A DNA stretch of 64,000 bases from Escherichia phage UP19, in sequence record OX638288. One strand, 5' to 3'. The translations under genes and the position numbers were made by a program. Every line of letters begins with the position of its first letter. Position 1 is the first letter of the stretch. This document shows positions 61,136 to 64,000 of the stretch, one piece after another. The notes beneath the pieces were generated by a model. The model was not told the origin of the DNA and did not search any database. It saw only the letters and a list, made by a program, of their open reading frames with translations.

Positions 61136-61164
61136 GTTTACATCTCCAGTAGAAATGATACTAT
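61136..61164 (+). promoter_or_regulatory. Early promoter module; spacer CTCCAGTAG pairs with the SD CTACTGGAG
   Basis: GTTTAC 61136-61141; TACTATAGACCTATCAA. Confidence 0.65.
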
Positions 61165-61190
61165 AGACCTATCAACTACTGGAGGTTATC

Positions 61191-61715
61191 ATGAACGCTA
61201 AAGATATTTTTTCACTGATTAATTTTAACAATGGTAATTTCAAATCTGAAAAACAAAGCAAGTTCTTTAACGACGTTGCTTGTGGTAATGAGATTACCGT
61301 ATCTGGAGGAGAGATTTACAAAAGCCGTTGGAACTGGATTGCTGTCATTGATTCAGTTGGTATTGTAGAGCTCTATAAAAACACTAACAAAAAACGTACT
61401 CTTCACTGGAGTCGTGAAACCAATCAAGCTTATCAAGCTGAACGTAACAAACGTTTAATGCCTACTGAATCTGACCTGGCAAACGTTAAATCAGATATCG
61501 CTTATTTTGATAACTTGATTGCTGAACAACAAGCGGTTATTGATAAGTTTGATGAAATCAAAGCTTGTAAAGAGATTCCTGAATTCATGCGGGAATCAGT
61601 AAACGAACAATACGCCCTCACTTCAGGTCGTATCGAACAGTACAAATCGCAACGAGCTGAACGCCAAGCTCTGCTTCAGAAATTTGAAGAGCGTTTAAAG
61701 ACGGTTCTCGCATAA
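61191..61715 (+). CDS. Hypothetical protein
   Basis: 174-aa ORF. Confidence 0.5.
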   Translation: MNAKDIFSLINFNNGNFKSEKQSKFFNDVACGNEITVSGGEIYKSRWNWIAVIDSVGIVELYKNTNKKRTLHWSRETNQAYQAERNKRLMPTESDLANVKSDIAYFDNLIAEQQAVIDKFDEIKACKEIPEFMRESVNEQYALTSGRIEQYKSQRAERQALLQKFEERLKTVLA

Positions 61716-61778
61716 ACGCTTTATACCAAGGATGGTATAATGGTTCTAGGTTCTTAATTACTTACTGAGGAAATTATT

Positions 61779-62624
61779 ATGTCACAGGCAATTAATCAAA
61801 TTCGTTCTGAAGTTAAAAAAGTTATTAAATTTGGTCATATTCCGAGTTCCAAAGAAGTGGTTGAAAAGGTCCTATATATGATGTGGGACAAGTTCAATGT
61901 TTGTACTGTTAAAGATGACTTCACTAAAATCTTTGACAAGACTAAAGGTTCGTTTACCTTAGAAGACCGAGTCATGAAAACTCTTCGTAAAACAGGTATG
62001 TTGTCTCGTGCTAATGCCAAAATTATTCTTAAAAATTATAACAAAGGCTACGACCTCTATGGTCGTTTAATCCCGGCGATGTCATTTGACGAAGTGGTTA
62101 AAGACCTTAATACTAATCAACGTCGTCTACTGGCTCTTGGCGCTCGCCTTGCAAAAGGCCAAGATAAACAAATGACATTTAAGACTAATGGTTCAGGTGA
62201 TTGGATTATCTTTAATATTGTTAACCACCCTAGAAATGAAAATGAGTATACCATTTCCCATTACAGTGGTTGCCAATACGACAACTGGAAGTTCCATCTC
62301 CGATTAGCCTTGTCTGAATTAGAACAGCACGGTGTTCTTAGTTTTGGTGATGCCGAAACTGGAGTGGGTCAGCGTATTAAACTTTATAAAATTAAAGACC
62401 TGGCTGAAGAGCATCCAGAACAAGCTCCTAAAATGGAACCTGTACCAGTGCGCAGCAATGAGAAACATCAAGCCCAGATTGAGTATTTTAGCAATTTGAT
62501 TACTTGCTTGAATGTTACAATCCAACAACAAGATGATGAGATTTTCCGACTCTCTGGTCTGAATGCCAAAGCTAAGGCTGAACGCCAGAAATATATCGAT
62601 ATCCTAAATCTTCTTAAGGGTTAA
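61779..62624 (+). CDS. Hypothetical protein
   Basis: 281-aa ORF. Confidence 0.5.
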   Translation: MSQAINQIRSEVKKVIKFGHIPSSKEVVEKVLYMMWDKFNVCTVKDDFTKIFDKTKGSFTLEDRVMKTLRKTGMLSRANAKIILKNYNKGYDLYGRLIPAMSFDEVVKDLNTNQRRLLALGARLAKGQDKQMTFKTNGSGDWIIFNIVNHPRNENEYTISHYSGCQYDNWKFHLRLALSELEQHGVLSFGDAETGVGQRIKLYKIKDLAEEHPEQAPKMEPVPVRSNEKHQAQIEYFSNLITCLNVTIQQQDDEIFRLSGLNAKAKAERQKYIDILNLLKG

Positions 62625-62626
62625 TT

Positions 62627-62707
62627 ATGGAATGGCTCGCTGTTCTTGGATATGTAATCGTAGCCACGGGTGTTCTGTGGCTAATTTTCTCAAACATTGT
62701 AGGTTAA
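62627..62707 (+). CDS. Possible 26-aa single-helix membrane peptide
   Basis: ATG 62627; hydrophobic MEWLAVLGYVIVATGVLWLIFSNIVG; too short for the ORF track. Confidence 0.25.
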   Translation: MEWLAVLGYVIVATGVLWLIFSNIVG

Positions 62708-62708
62708 T

Positions 62709-62924
62709 ATGGAAATCTTAGGTTTTATTCTCCTTTACTTTGTGCTAGGATTTATGACGACCTTTATCATTCATAAATCAGGTGATTGGAATCCAATCGA
62801 AATTGAATCAAGCTATGATGCAGTATTCATTACACTAGTATGGCCCCTACTTTGGGTTGTTTTGGTCATTATGATGGTGTTTTGGCCTATTGCTAAATTC
62901 TATGAAAAATTATTTGGACTTTAA
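62709..62924 (+). CDS. Small membrane protein
   Basis: 71 aa; two transmembrane helices. Confidence 0.4.
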   Translation: MEILGFILLYFVLGFMTTFIIHKSGDWNPIEIESSYDAVFITLVWPLLWVVLVIMMVFWPIAKFYEKLFGL

Positions 62925-62925
62925 T

Positions 62926-63807
62926 ATGAACATTAAAACACGTAAAGAATACTCTATATACGACCATGACACGACTCGTCGTATCGCTATCGATCGGCTA
63001 GCCGACTTTGGCTATATTCGTAATGGTAATTATACTTATGGTGTAGGACGTAAAGGAACTTATATCGGTTCTTTGAACGATTATTGCCGTTGCCCAGCCC
63101 ACCTGTTTGGTGCAACATTGCGGGCTAATATCAAAGACCTCTTGGCTACCGCAGGACGTATTTCTACGGTTCCTGTTAATATCAAAAGTATTAATTTTAC
63201 GGCTCGTAACCTAGTCATTAATATTCTGGCTGACGGTATTCAAGTTCGTTTCCGTCCTACCTCAAAAGGTAATAAGGCCCTTCGTGAAGCATTCGAAACC
63301 TTATTCAGAGAAGCAATGACTCGTATTAAGGCCGTAGAATCATATAAAGTTACAACCGATGAATATGCTGATTGTTCTGGACGGGCTGATGCGGTGTATT
63401 TTAATGTTAAACTAACTCGTGAATATCTTTTGTCTTATGCCCCTTATCAATCCCAACAAAAGGACCCACAAATGGAACGTCGTATATCTATCGCTACCTC
63501 TACAGTATCATGTGACAGTGTAGGCCAGTATGCAGCCTATGACAAATTCAAAACCACTGCTGTGCCTAGTCCATTCAATTCCGAACCATATCATTGGAAA
63601 ATTAAACCTGATAATTCTTTGGTTGTTACTAACCCTACGATGAAACCTATTGAGACCTATTATGCAGATAGCATTCAGGAATCAATCCACCGTTTAAATG
63701 GTCAGATTGAAGATGAGAAAAAGAGCATTCAAGACGTATTGACCCGCATCAAGAATATGGAAAACCAGCGTGACAAGCTCAGCGCGGCACTATTAGCTCT
63801 AAAATAG
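62926..63807 (+). CDS. Hypothetical protein
   Basis: ATG 62926 one base after the upstream stop; 293 aa. Confidence 0.5.
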   Translation: MNIKTRKEYSIYDHDTTRRIAIDRLADFGYIRNGNYTYGVGRKGTYIGSLNDYCRCPAHLFGATLRANIKDLLATAGRISTVPVNIKSINFTARNLVINILADGIQVRFRPTSKGNKALREAFETLFREAMTRIKAVESYKVTTDEYADCSGRADAVYFNVKLTREYLLSYAPYQSQQKDPQMERRISIATSTVSCDSVGQYAAYDKFKTTAVPSPFNSEPYHWKIKPDNSLVVTNPTMKPIETYYADSIQESIHRLNGQIEDEKKSIQDVLTRIKNMENQRDKLSAALLALK

Positions 63808-63838
63808 TGTTTACATCCAAGGACGGATGGAGTATAAT
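63808..63838 (+). promoter_or_regulatory. Early promoter (GTTTAC, 19 bp, TATAAT)
   Basis: GTTTAC 63808-63813; TATAAT 63833-63838. Confidence 0.55.
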
Positions 63839-63866
63839 CCTTTTATCAACTACTGAGGAGAATATC

Positions 63867-64000
63867 ATGACCCGTACTGAATACATCAATGCCTTTACTA
63901 AGTATATCACTGACAATACCCCTCCATTAACACCGTATGAGGTGATAGTTTCTAATATCAATAAATGGGTAGACCAAATTGATAAAGCATTATCCAATTG
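63867..64000 (+). CDS. 5' end of a gene running out of the window (partial), product unknown
   Basis: ATG 63867 after GAGGAG; frame open to the window end. Confidence 0.4.
   Translation, partial: MTRTEYINAFTKYITDNTPPLTPYEVIVSNINKWVDQIDKALSN

Noticed and set aside
37700-63838. Possible CRISPR-like array, given the repeated 20-bp box
   Set aside because: Copies are 300-3000 bp apart, each precedes an ORF at a fixed distance and includes a -35/-10 pair; these are promoters, not CRISPR repeats.

Overview
This window is a T4-like (Tevenvirinae) myovirus genome segment, annotated by reading the six-frame translations against remembered T4 proteins and motifs; no database search was possible. Positions 222-34031 hold the minus-strand late structural module in T4 order: 53, 5, 5.4 (PAAR), 6-12, wac, 13-15, terminase 16/17, 18, 19, 20, 67, 68, 21, 22, 23 and two gene-24 paralogs. 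It is interrupted by an HNH endonuclease ORF between 18 and 19 and an opposite-strand GIY-YIG (seg-like) cassette between 23 and 24. A divergent late-promoter pair at 34044-34066 switches to a plus-strand array: 4, 2, 3, 1, 57A, 57B, three tRNAs, nudE, lysozyme e, denV, regB, tk, rI and about 50 small ORFs. The most interesting content is in that array: six genes with the T4 internal-protein capsid-targeting leader (MKTYQEF..E), a tandem array of five small paralogs, a macro-domain protein, a Pol-beta-type nucleotidyltransferase next to a P-loop ATPase, a DksA/TraR-like zinc finger, and a conserved early-promoter module whose spacer often pairs with the downstream Shine-Dalgarno (SD) sequence.
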